From: Erythrobacter sp. | Lineage (GTDB): Bacteria > Pseudomonadota > Alphaproteobacteria > Sphingomonadales > Sphingomonadaceae | Assembly: GCF_036351135.1 (NCBI RefSeq) | Contig: NZ_JAZBON010000022.1 | Span: 7,351 to 71,350, forward strand | Direction of reading: 5' to 3' | Length of the DNA stretch: 64,000 nt | Shown here: positions 18,817 through 26,270 of the stretch, in pieces | Layout: the number at the start of each line of letters is the position of its first letter | Position numbering within the stretch: position 1 is the first letter of the stretch | The notes under the pieces: model-generated | Told to the model about the DNA's origin: nothing | The model's database searches: none | Seen by the model: only the letters and a program-made list of their open reading frames with translations | Translations under genes and position numbers: made by a program

Positions 18817-19715
18817 CGATCCCGCACGGCAGCATTTTCGGCGGGCTTTCAACCGTGCCCGACCTCGCCCGTGCCATCACTGCCTATCGCGACGTTCTGA
18901 CGCTGGAGCTCGTCGAAGAGGGCACGCTTCCCGCCGATCTCGCCGCGAGTTGGGGTTGCGCCGCAAACGAGGGCTCGCCCTATGCCGTGCTGCGACCGGC
19001 GAGTGGCGCGCCCTGCTGGTTCCGGTTGGTCGAACAGCCGGATCATCCCGATTTCCGCCCGACGACGACCTATGGCTGGGCCGCGTTCGAGACCACGGTG
19101 GAGGATGTCTGGCACTGGCCCGGCGCGCTTCCCGAGGGCCTCTTTACTATCGTCGGACCCCCGAAAAAGCTGGAGAATATCGAGCCCGCCTTCATCCCGA
19201 TGCAGGTGTTGGGTACGGGCCGGGAGATGATTTATCTGAACCAGGTTCTCGGCAACATGCCCGGCACCGACCTGCCGCGGGCTCGCTCGCCGGTGGACCG
19301 GATCTTCATCACCGTCCTCGCCACGCCTGACCGCCAGGCGAGCATTGCCTGGTATGGTGAGCGGTTGGGGCTCGAGCGGGGGGCCGACTACACCTTACCC
19401 TATTCGATGATCAACCAAGCCTTTGGCCTGCCACCCGAAACCCAGACGACGATCACGATGGTCAAGCACGGCCGGATGCCGATAGTCGAAGTCGACGATT
19501 ACCCTGCTGCCGCTACAAGGCGCCCCGGGCATCGAGACATGCTGCCCCCTGGCAACGCTTTGGTGACGCTTGCAGTGCGCGACCTCGATCGATGCAGCGC
19601 CGACTGGATCGCGCCGCCGGCTGCGCGCGAAGGTGCGCTTTACGAGGGCCGGCGGGCGGCCTGTGCAATCGGCGCTGGCGGCGAACTGGTCGAATGCGTA
19701 GAGGTCGGGGCATGA
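18813..19715 (+). CDS. Two-domain VOC/glyoxalase-like protein (tentative)
   Basis: 300 aa, overlapping both neighbours by 4 bp. There are two similar halves with beta-alpha-beta-beta-beta-like patterns. No catalytic motif that I can name with certainty. Confidence 0.55.
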   Translation: MTIPHGSIFGGLSTVPDLARAITAYRDVLTLELVEEGTLPADLAASWGCAANEGSPYAVLRPASGAPCWFRLVEQPDHPDFRPTTTYGWAAFETTVEDVWHWPGALPEGLFTIVGPPKKLENIEPAFIPMQVLGTGREMIYLNQVLGNMPGTDLPRARSPVDRIFITVLATPDRQASIAWYGERLGLERGADYTLPYSMINQAFGLPPETQTTITMVKHGRMPIVEVDDYPAAATRRPGHRDMLPPGNALVTLAVRDLDRCSADWIAPPAAREGALYEGRRAACAIGAGGELVECVEVGA

Positions 19716-20017
19716 CGCTGTTCGGTTTCTATTGCCTCGATGCTGCACAAGGCGCGGCGCTTCGCGAAAAGCTGCTGCAGGACCATCTTGCACATATCGA
19801 GGCGCATATCGACGATTACGCGGTGGCCGGACCGCTCAAGGAAGGCGACGCGACGATCGGTTCGCTCGTCATCATCAAGGCAGAGGACGAGGCCGAAGCG
19901 CGCGCCAAGTTCGAGGCCGATCCCTATTTTTCCGGCGGGGTATGGGACAGCGTGAAGATGAACCGCTTCCTGGGCGTGGCCGGAGACTGGGTCGGCGGCA
20001 TCGCCTGGAAGATGTGA
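19712..20017 (+). CDS. YciI-like protein
   Basis: The internal start at 19712 (ATGA overlap) gives 101 aa: MTLFGFYCLDA...HLAHIEAHIDDYAVAGPLKEGD..IGSLVIIKAEDEAEARAKFEADPY, a typical YciI pattern. Confidence 0.8.
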   Translation: MTLFGFYCLDAAQGAALREKLLQDHLAHIEAHIDDYAVAGPLKEGDATIGSLVIIKAEDEAEARAKFEADPYFSGGVWDSVKMNRFLGVAGDWVGGIAWKM

Positions 20018-20024
20018 CGCCGGA

Positions 20025-20663
20025 TCAGCCTTTCGGTTCGACAGATGCGAGCGAGCAACTTCCCTGAACCCAGCGCACATTGATCCCGATAAGGTCGGCA
20101 TCGGGCGAGGCCCAGCTATAGCTTTCGGCGCGCACCGGATCGTCCTTGTGGACGTAGAGCACGAGCGAGGGGCGGTTGCGGCTGCCCGCGGCCCAGGTGA
20201 CATTGCGCAGGCGAAGGGTGACGTCGGGCGCATCCCCATTGCCCGGCACGAAGACCCGGCCGCCCTGATCGAATGCCGTAAGCCCGCGCGTGAAGGTCCA
20301 ATCAGCACCGCCATCCGGCTTGGCGGCGAATTTGCGCGCCGACAGCCAGCAGGAGAAAGGGCGCGCCTGTCTCAGCTCGCTGCCCGAAACCTCCCAGCCC
20401 GATCCCCCATCGCGGCGCGCGAGACCCTCGATCGGCGCATCGCTCCAATCGCCGAGGGGCTCGCCGAACGCATCGATCCGGCGCCAACGACCATCCTCAG
20501 CGACTTCGAAAGAGGTCTCCTCGGCTTTCTTGCGACCCTCTTCCTTGGCGAAATAGACGTCTTCGGTGTTCGTCCAGATCCCGGGAGGCAAGCGGTCCTG
20601 GGCCAAAGCCGCATTTGGCAGGCACAGAGCGGGGATCATGAACAGGCGCGCAAGTCTAGCCAT
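20025..20663 (-). CDS. Secreted protein of unknown function
   Basis: 212 aa. Signal peptide MARLARLFMIPALCLPNAALAQD. Operator copy 6 lies about 40 bp upstream of its start. Confidence 0.7.
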   Translation of the reverse strand: MARLARLFMIPALCLPNAALAQDRLPPGIWTNTEDVYFAKEEGRKKAEETSFEVAEDGRWRRIDAFGEPLGDWSDAPIEGLARRDGGSGWEVSGSELRQARPFSCWLSARKFAAKPDGGADWTFTRGLTAFDQGGRVFVPGNGDAPDVTLRLRNVTWAAGSRNRPSLVLYVHKDDPVRAESYSWASPDADLIGINVRWVQGSCSLASVEPKG

Positions 20664-20700
20664 CCCGCCAACCTAACCCAGCGGAGTTGCGATGGGAACC

Positions 20701-20713
20701 TGTCCGGACAAAT
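20701..20713. promoter_or_regulatory. Operator-like palindrome TGTCCGGACAAAT (copy 6)
   Basis: Exact 10-bp core at 20701-20710, in the 105-bp gap between the start at 20663 (minus) and the stop at 20769 (minus). Confidence 0.55.
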
Positions 20714-20768
20714 CGGGAGTAGGTCGGCGAGGGGATAGAAGCGAGAGGCTCCTCGCTCTCTAAGGCAT

Positions 20769-21185
20769 CTAGCGGACCAACAGCGTCATGCTGTTGCTGC
20801 CGTCCTTACGCTCATAGGAGATACCCTCGCCCCAGGCCCGCACGATGGTAAGCCCGACGCCACCGCCGCTGACCGGGTCGGGGCCATCGAAGGGGGCTGG
20901 GGCCGTGGGATCGAATGGGTCGCCGTTGTCGCGTATCGATAGATGCACCCCGGCGTCGCCGGGCGACAGGACCAGCATCAGACACGCGGCCCGCGGCATG
21001 CCGCCATGGCGCAGCGAATTGCTGACCAGTTCCTCCACGATGATCGCCAGCTTCACCTTGCCGCGTGCATCGAGCCCGCTTTGCGGCAGGAAACGGCGCG
21101 TGAACCTCAGCGCCTGTGCGATGACGGGCTGCGGATCTCCGTCTTGTGCAAGATAGGCCGAAAATCGTGTCGGGTGATCCATCAA
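20769..21185 (-). CDS. RsbW/SpoIIAB-like serine protein kinase (HATPase_c anti-sigma-type)
   Basis: 138 aa. N-box EELVSNSLRHG, G1-like IRDNGDPFD, G2-like GGGVGLTIV. The size is typical of partner-switching kinases. Confidence 0.8.
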   Translation of the reverse strand: MMDHPTRFSAYLAQDGDPQPVIAQALRFTRRFLPQSGLDARGKVKLAIIVEELVSNSLRHGGMPRAACLMLVLSPGDAGVHLSIRDNGDPFDPTAPAPFDGPDPVSGGGVGLTIVRAWGEGISYERKDGSNSMTLLVR

Positions 21186-21221
21186 GCTATGCTACCATCG
21201 ATGCGCAAGATGGGGGGACAT

Positions 21222-21665
21222 ATGCGAACAGCAATCGTTCGGGCCGGCGCCGCCTTCGCGCTCATCATGGCGAGCCAGCCGGTGCTCGCGGAGGAAATCG
21301 GCCAGATCAAGAACGTCACGCAGGGCGGCGTCGAAGTGCAACGCGGCGACAAGAGCCTGCGCGGTGTCTCCGGATTTCGGGTGATGGAGGGCGACGTCGT
21401 CGTCACCGGAGCGCGCCAGCGGGTCGGCATCACTTTCCTCGACGATACCCGGATGGCGGTTGCCCCGGGCAGCCGGGTGGTCATCTCGCGATATCGGTAT
21501 GACCGCGCGCGCGAGACCGGCAGCTCGCTGATGCAGGTCGATCGCGGCGCCGTCGGAGTCGATTCGGGCAAGCTGTCCGGTTCGGGCCGGATGCGTTTCA
21601 AGACCCCGACCTCGACGCTCGGCGTGCGCGGCACGAGCTTCGTCATCGAAGTCGACGCCGAATGA
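21222..21665 (+). CDS. Secreted stand-alone FecR-domain protein
   Basis: The track ORF 20943-21665 overlaps the divergent kinase gene. The start at 21222 gives the signal peptide MRTAIVRAGAAFALIMASQPVLAEE. GQIKNVTQGGVEVQRGDKSL..VMEGDVVVTGARQRVGITFLDDTRMAVAPGSRVVISRY is a FecR-type beta-sandwich pattern. It has no TM segment and no anti-sigma N-domain. Confidence 0.8.
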   Translation: MRTAIVRAGAAFALIMASQPVLAEEIGQIKNVTQGGVEVQRGDKSLRGVSGFRVMEGDVVVTGARQRVGITFLDDTRMAVAPGSRVVISRYRYDRARETGSSLMQVDRGAVGVDSGKLSGSGRMRFKTPTSTLGVRGTSFVIEVDAE

Positions 21666-22270
21666 AGGCGGCTCTGGCGCTTGCAGGCATGCTCGTCCTC
21701 GCGGGCTGCGCGACCTATTCGGAGCGCGTGACTTTGCTCGAACCGGTGCAGGCGGAGAAGCGCGCCGGCGGCGAGATCGGGGCGGTCGCGATCCTCGCAG
21801 AGGACGGTTCGGAAACGTTGATCGATGCGGCGGGCGAGCAGGCGCAACTGGGTAGCGGCGCGCCGCGGATCGTGCAGCTTGCCGCCGCCGATCCGTTGCA
21901 TACGGCGATCATGGCCGATCTCCCGCGCGAACGTAGCAGCGTCAGCATCGCCTTTCGCACCGGCCAGTCCGCGCTCGATCCCGAACAGATCACACAGCTT
22001 ACCCAGTGGGCGCTCAGCGATGGCGAGGCGGGGCCGCGACCGGGCAGCGAAATCGTGGTGCGCGCCTATGCCGATGCGTTCGGTTCCGAAGAGGAGAACC
22101 TTGCCTTGTCGCAGGAGCGCGCCCGCGCCGTCGCCGCGCAATTGCGCGCTGCCGGTCTCGACATCGAAAAAGGCGCGGCGCAGGGAATGGGCGAATATGC
22201 CGCGCAGGCAGATACCGGCGACGAGGTGCGCAGTCCCAAATGGCGCCGGGTGGACGTCATCATCCGCTAG
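21662..22270 (+). CDS. OmpA-family lipoprotein (peptidoglycan-binding C-terminal domain)
   Basis: 202 aa. ATGA overlap with the fecR-like stop. Lipobox LVLAGC. The C-terminus VVRAYADAFGSEEENLALSQERARAVAAQLRAAG...RRVDVII is OmpA_C-like. Confidence 0.8.
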   Translation: MKAALALAGMLVLAGCATYSERVTLLEPVQAEKRAGGEIGAVAILAEDGSETLIDAAGEQAQLGSGAPRIVQLAAADPLHTAIMADLPRERSSVSIAFRTGQSALDPEQITQLTQWALSDGEAGPRPGSEIVVRAYADAFGSEEENLALSQERARAVAAQLRAAGLDIEKGAAQGMGEYAAQADTGDEVRSPKWRRVDVIIR

Positions 22271-22284
22271 GACCCCTACGCGCA

Positions 22285-24351
22285 TCACGCTGCCTCTTCG
22301 CCGAGATAGCGCAGCGCCAAGATGGTCAGGTCGTCCGCCGGATCGGTGCCGCGTTCGAACGCTCGCACCTGGAGCGCGAGGTCCTGTGCGCGGATCTGTG
22401 CGCTATTGTCGCCGCTTTGCGCCAACGCCGACATCACGCCGTTGAGGCCGAACCGCGCACCCCTTGCGTCGGAGGCATCGGTCGCGCCGTCGGAGATGAC
22501 GACCAGCGTTTCGTCCGGGGCGAGGGTCAGGCTTTCCACGCGGTAGGGAAAGCCTTCGAACGTGCGCATCCGCACCCCCCCGCGCATTGCCGCGACCTCG
22601 ACCCGGCCATCGGCGCGCACGATCAATGGGTCCTCGTGCCCGGCATTGATCATCTGTACTTCGCCGCTTGCACAGTCGATCACGCCTACCAGTAGGGTCA
22701 GGTCCATTTCCTGGTCCTCCTCCGCCATCAACTCGTCGTTGACCCGCCGGATCGCGGCCTCGAGGTCGTGGCCCATGCGCATCACGTTGTTCTTGGACAC
22801 CGATTTGGAGAGCGCCATGAAGAGAGCGGCGGGCAGACCCTTTCCGCTGACGTCGCCGACAAGGAAGGCGAGGCGATCGTCGCCGAGATCCATCGCGTCG
22901 TAGAAGTCGCCGCCAACGGATCTCGCAGGTTCGAGCACTGCGCCGATCTCGGTCCGCCTGCCGAGCTGCGCGAGCCGGGCAGGGCTGGGCACCATGGTCA
23001 GCTGCAAGGCTCTGGCGCTTTCGTTTTCCTTTGCCTGTTCTGCGGCGAGGATGCGTTTTTCGATCAGCTCGATCACCATGAGGCTATAGCGCGCCAGCAA
23101 CAGGGCGAGGGCGGCACATCCGGCGATGAGGAGCGGGCGGGCGGGATCGAGAAGAAGGTTCGCGCGTGCGAACAGGGCGAAGGAGGCGAACGGCAAGACG
23201 AGTGCGCCAAGCGCGGCCGCGACGAGCCATCTGTTGTTCGCGGTGACACCCGCCGCAAGAAATAGCGCGATCAGAAGGGCGGCAATCGCGACTTCGATGG
23301 CGGTGATCCAGGCGGGACGCGCGAGCCAGTTGCCCGTCAGGATCGCATCCACCGCCTGTGCTTGAACGAGCGTCCCCTGAACCTCGCCCGCGAGCGGCGT
23401 TGCGACGATATCGCTCGTGCCCGTCGCGCCAAAGCCGACGAGCACGATCTTGCCCGAAAATTCGCCCGGCGCGACCTTGCCGCGCAGCACTTCGATGGCG
23501 GGTATGGCGAGTGCTTCCCACCCTCGTGCCATGCGAAAGGCGAAATGCGCCCTGTCATCGCCAGGGACCACCCGGTCGCCCACCGCCATCCCGCCCTTCG
23601 TCCAGCGCAGATCGGCATTGCCCCCAACCTGCGCCGCTAGAACAGGAGTGAAGCCTGGTGCGGTTTCTCCGCCAGCGATCACGCCCAGCGGAACCCGCCG
23701 TGTGACGCCATCCGGATCTGGCGGCGCGCTGACGATACCGCGCGCCAGGGCGACATCGTCGAATGCCGGCAGGCTGGTCAACATGCGCTGCGTGCGAATA
23801 GCTCCTGCCGGGAGCGTACCCTCGATATGTTCGAAGGTCAGCTCGCTTGCCGGCCTTCCGCCCTCTTGCGAAACCACCCAGGGCATCACCACGGGCGAGG
23901 ACGCGATGACATCGGCAAGGGCATCGTCGCCCGATGGAAGCGCGCCGATCCGTTCGCGCGTTGCCGGATCGATCGCGTCCTCGGTGTAAAGCTCGAGGAA
24001 GGAGGCCGGCCGCAAACGATCTGGCTCGACGAAAAAGATATCGACGCCGATCGCCGCAGGATCGGCCGCTGCGATACGCTCCAGCAGGACCGCGACATCG
24101 TAGCGCCGCCAGGGCCATTCGCCGATCGCGGCGACGCTGGGATCGTCGATCATCACCACCGCGACCCGATCGGCCGATGCCTCCAATGGTGCGAGCCGTT
24201 GCCAGCCGTCGAAAACGAGACGGCGCTGGAAGTCGCCCGCGACGAGGCTCAGCAGCACTCCGAAGATGGCGCCGCCGAGGATCGCGGCGGCGAGGATGCG
24301 GCGGGCGGCCCGGCCGCTGCCGGGCTCAGACCTCGACACAAAGCCCGTCAT
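22285..24351 (-). CDS. CHASE2 sensor fused to PP2C/SpoIIE-type Ser/Thr phosphatase (RsbU-like)
   Basis: 688 aa. N-terminal TM segment, then a periplasmic CHASE2-like region (RVAVVMIDDPSVAAIGEWPW..AIGVDIFFVEPD), then a three-helix TM block. The C-terminal part carries GGDFYD, GDVSGKGLPAALFM, NAGH and VISDGATD. Its start overlaps the upstream MBL gene by 26 nt. Confidence 0.85.
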   Translation of the reverse strand: MTGFVSRSEPGSGRAARRILAAAILGGAIFGVLLSLVAGDFQRRLVFDGWQRLAPLEASADRVAVVMIDDPSVAAIGEWPWRRYDVAVLLERIAAADPAAIGVDIFFVEPDRLRPASFLELYTEDAIDPATRERIGALPSGDDALADVIASSPVVMPWVVSQEGGRPASELTFEHIEGTLPAGAIRTQRMLTSLPAFDDVALARGIVSAPPDPDGVTRRVPLGVIAGGETAPGFTPVLAAQVGGNADLRWTKGGMAVGDRVVPGDDRAHFAFRMARGWEALAIPAIEVLRGKVAPGEFSGKIVLVGFGATGTSDIVATPLAGEVQGTLVQAQAVDAILTGNWLARPAWITAIEVAIAALLIALFLAAGVTANNRWLVAAALGALVLPFASFALFARANLLLDPARPLLIAGCAALALLLARYSLMVIELIEKRILAAEQAKENESARALQLTMVPSPARLAQLGRRTEIGAVLEPARSVGGDFYDAMDLGDDRLAFLVGDVSGKGLPAALFMALSKSVSKNNVMRMGHDLEAAIRRVNDELMAEEDQEMDLTLLVGVIDCASGEVQMINAGHEDPLIVRADGRVEVAAMRGGVRMRTFEGFPYRVESLTLAPDETLVVISDGATDASDARGARFGLNGVMSALAQSGDNSAQIRAQDLALQVRAFERGTDPADDLTILALRYLGEEAA

Positions 24352-25309
24352 AGGAGCACAGGACTTCGAGCGCCGCTTCTTTGCGCGTCAGCTCTTCGTA
24401 GCGCACCGTTTCCGCGTGAATGCCCTCGATATCCTCATCGCTATAGGTCGGCTCGTGGTGGAACAGGGCCAGCCGCTTCGCGCCCGCCTGGTGACACAGA
24501 TCGACCGCTACGAGATTGGAGGAATGACCCCAGTCCTCTTTCATCGACACGCTGTCGGCGAGCGAATACATTGTGTCGGCGATGACCAGGTCGACGCCGG
24601 AGAAGAAGTCGACCATGGCATATTCCTCGTCCATCTTGTCGATCTTGTATTCCGCGTCGGTCGAATAGACCGCGCTCGCTCCGCCCGTATCGCGGAAGCG
24701 GTAGCCGTAGCTGGTGTGGCTGTGCTCCTGCTCGATCATCGCGACGGTCAGCTCGCCGATCTGATAGTCGCGGCCCGTCTCGAGCGTGCGGAACTCGATA
24801 TCGGCCTTGAGCCAGTCAAAGGGGACCGGAAAGGAGATTTCTTCCTGCTGCCGGCGCAAGGCTTCCTCCGCATCGCGGTGGCCGGCATGGACGATCACCT
24901 TCGCCCCTTCGAGGAAGGCGGGCACGAAGAAGGGGAAACCCATTATGTGATCCCAATGGAGATGCGAAAGGAAGAAATGCCATTCCTTCGGGCGCTTGCC
25001 CTCGGCCAGGCGGCGCAGCGCATCGAGGCCGAGTTCGCGCAGGCCCGATCCCATGTCGCAGATGACGAAAGCGCCGCGACCGACATCGATCTCGACGCAG
25101 CTGGTGGCTCCGCCGTAACCTTGGCCGATGCTAAAAGGGAGATCCTTGCGGACGTAGTCGAGCGCCGCATCTCTATCGGAAAAGCTGCGCGACCCGGCTT
25201 CGACCAACGCGGCCGCAACCTTGTCGGCGATCGTATCTGCGTGCGGCGCCACTGGCAGAGAGCCGCGCGTGCCCCAAAACCGGATCTGCATATTTCCCCC
25301 CAAAGTCAC
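24326..25309 (-). CDS. MBL-fold metallo-hydrolase
   Basis: 327 aa. IRFWGTRGSLP, FLSHLHWDHIMGFPFF (HxHxDH motif), and a C-terminal LFHHEP. The real start may be the Met at 25291. Confidence 0.8.
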   Translation of the reverse strand: MTLGGNMQIRFWGTRGSLPVAPHADTIADKVAAALVEAGSRSFSDRDAALDYVRKDLPFSIGQGYGGATSCVEIDVGRGAFVICDMGSGLRELGLDALRRLAEGKRPKEWHFFLSHLHWDHIMGFPFFVPAFLEGAKVIVHAGHRDAEEALRRQQEEISFPVPFDWLKADIEFRTLETGRDYQIGELTVAMIEQEHSHTSYGYRFRDTGGASAVYSTDAEYKIDKMDEEYAMVDFFSGVDLVIADTMYSLADSVSMKEDWGHSSNLVAVDLCHQAGAKRLALFHHEPTYSDEDIEGIHAETVRYEELTRKEAALEVLCSYDGLCVEV

Positions 25310-25333
25310 GCAGGCGGGAACATGCCGCCCGCC

Positions 25334-25822
25334 TTAGCTTCCGACTGCATCCTCCACCGTATCTGCGACCTGGAAGACCATGTCATAACGGCTGATCGCG
25401 AGGATTTCACTCATCGTCTCGTTCGGACTGGCGAGAACGATTGTCGTGCCGCTTTCCCCGGCAGCGCGCTGCGCCAATGTCAAAGCGCGAAGTCCGCGCG
25501 AAGACATGTATTCGATCCGCGACAGATCGAGAACGACCCTGTCCGAGCCGGTCTGAACCGCATCGATCAAATGCGCCCGAAACGCATACGCCGTCGTTTC
25601 ATCGACCCGTCCCGCCGGCTCGAGCACGATCACGTTGCCTCGCTGGCTCTGCGACCAGTCCAATGCACCACCCGTCATCAGATGTGCATAGCGTGCGGCC
25701 GGCCGATTGCCAAATGGCCTCGGCGCCCTGCCAGCATCAAGGCGCGGGCCGGAGGGGAGAGTACGGTCAAACACGCCGAGGACGGGCGCAATAGCAGCGA
25801 TATCTTGCATCATGATTTCCAA
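25334..25822 (-). CDS. STAS-domain protein (RsbV/SpoIIAA-like anti-anti-sigma antagonist)
   Basis: The C-terminal ~110 aa (VIVLEPAGRVDETTAYAFRAHLIDAV..RVVLDLSRIEYMSSRGLRALTLA) match the STAS fold, with the phosphorylatable Ser context MSSRGL. An alternative start at 25678 would give a canonical 114-aa protein. Confidence 0.75.
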   Translation of the reverse strand: MEIMMQDIAAIAPVLGVFDRTLPSGPRLDAGRAPRPFGNRPAARYAHLMTGGALDWSQSQRGNVIVLEPAGRVDETTAYAFRAHLIDAVQTGSDRVVLDLSRIEYMSSRGLRALTLAQRAAGESGTTIVLASPNETMSEILAISRYDMVFQVADTVEDAVGS

Positions 25823-26270
25823 TTATCCTGGCGTTGGCATCCCAGGCTAACGAACCAGAACAGCAGAATATGAATTTTTTCCCAACGCAGCGTCCATCGA
25901 AGCGTCCGATCGGCAAACCTGCAGGGCTCCCACCTTGTGATTAGGATGAATTGCCGTGAAGCTGCGAAAACTTGTGAAAACGCGACAAAGTGCTCGCATT
26001 TGCCTCGTTTTGCCGGCGAACGCCTTGTTTTTGCCATTCAGGCAGCTATCAGCGTTTGCGGAGATTACGCGATGACGGCGAGGCGGCGTATCAAACGGCA
26101 TCAGACCGTTCGCCTCCTTCGATCGCTTCTTGTCGAAAACCCGGGTCGCATTGGGGAGCGGGGCGCCGCGCGCTTCCGTGTTGAGAATATGGGGGATATT
26201 CTTGGTCGATAAGCAACCTCTCGGGGGCAAGGGGCCATCTCGCGTCAATCTGGTCGCTCGGCAGCGCCGG
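25823..26270. promoter_or_regulatory. ~450-bp divergent control region between the STAS operon and tpsB
   Basis: The longest non-coding gap in the window, and visibly less GC-rich (runs such as gaatatgaattttttccc and gtgattaggatgaattg). No credible ORF: track ORFs 25810-26037 and 25847-26302 have no family features. Confidence 0.45.
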
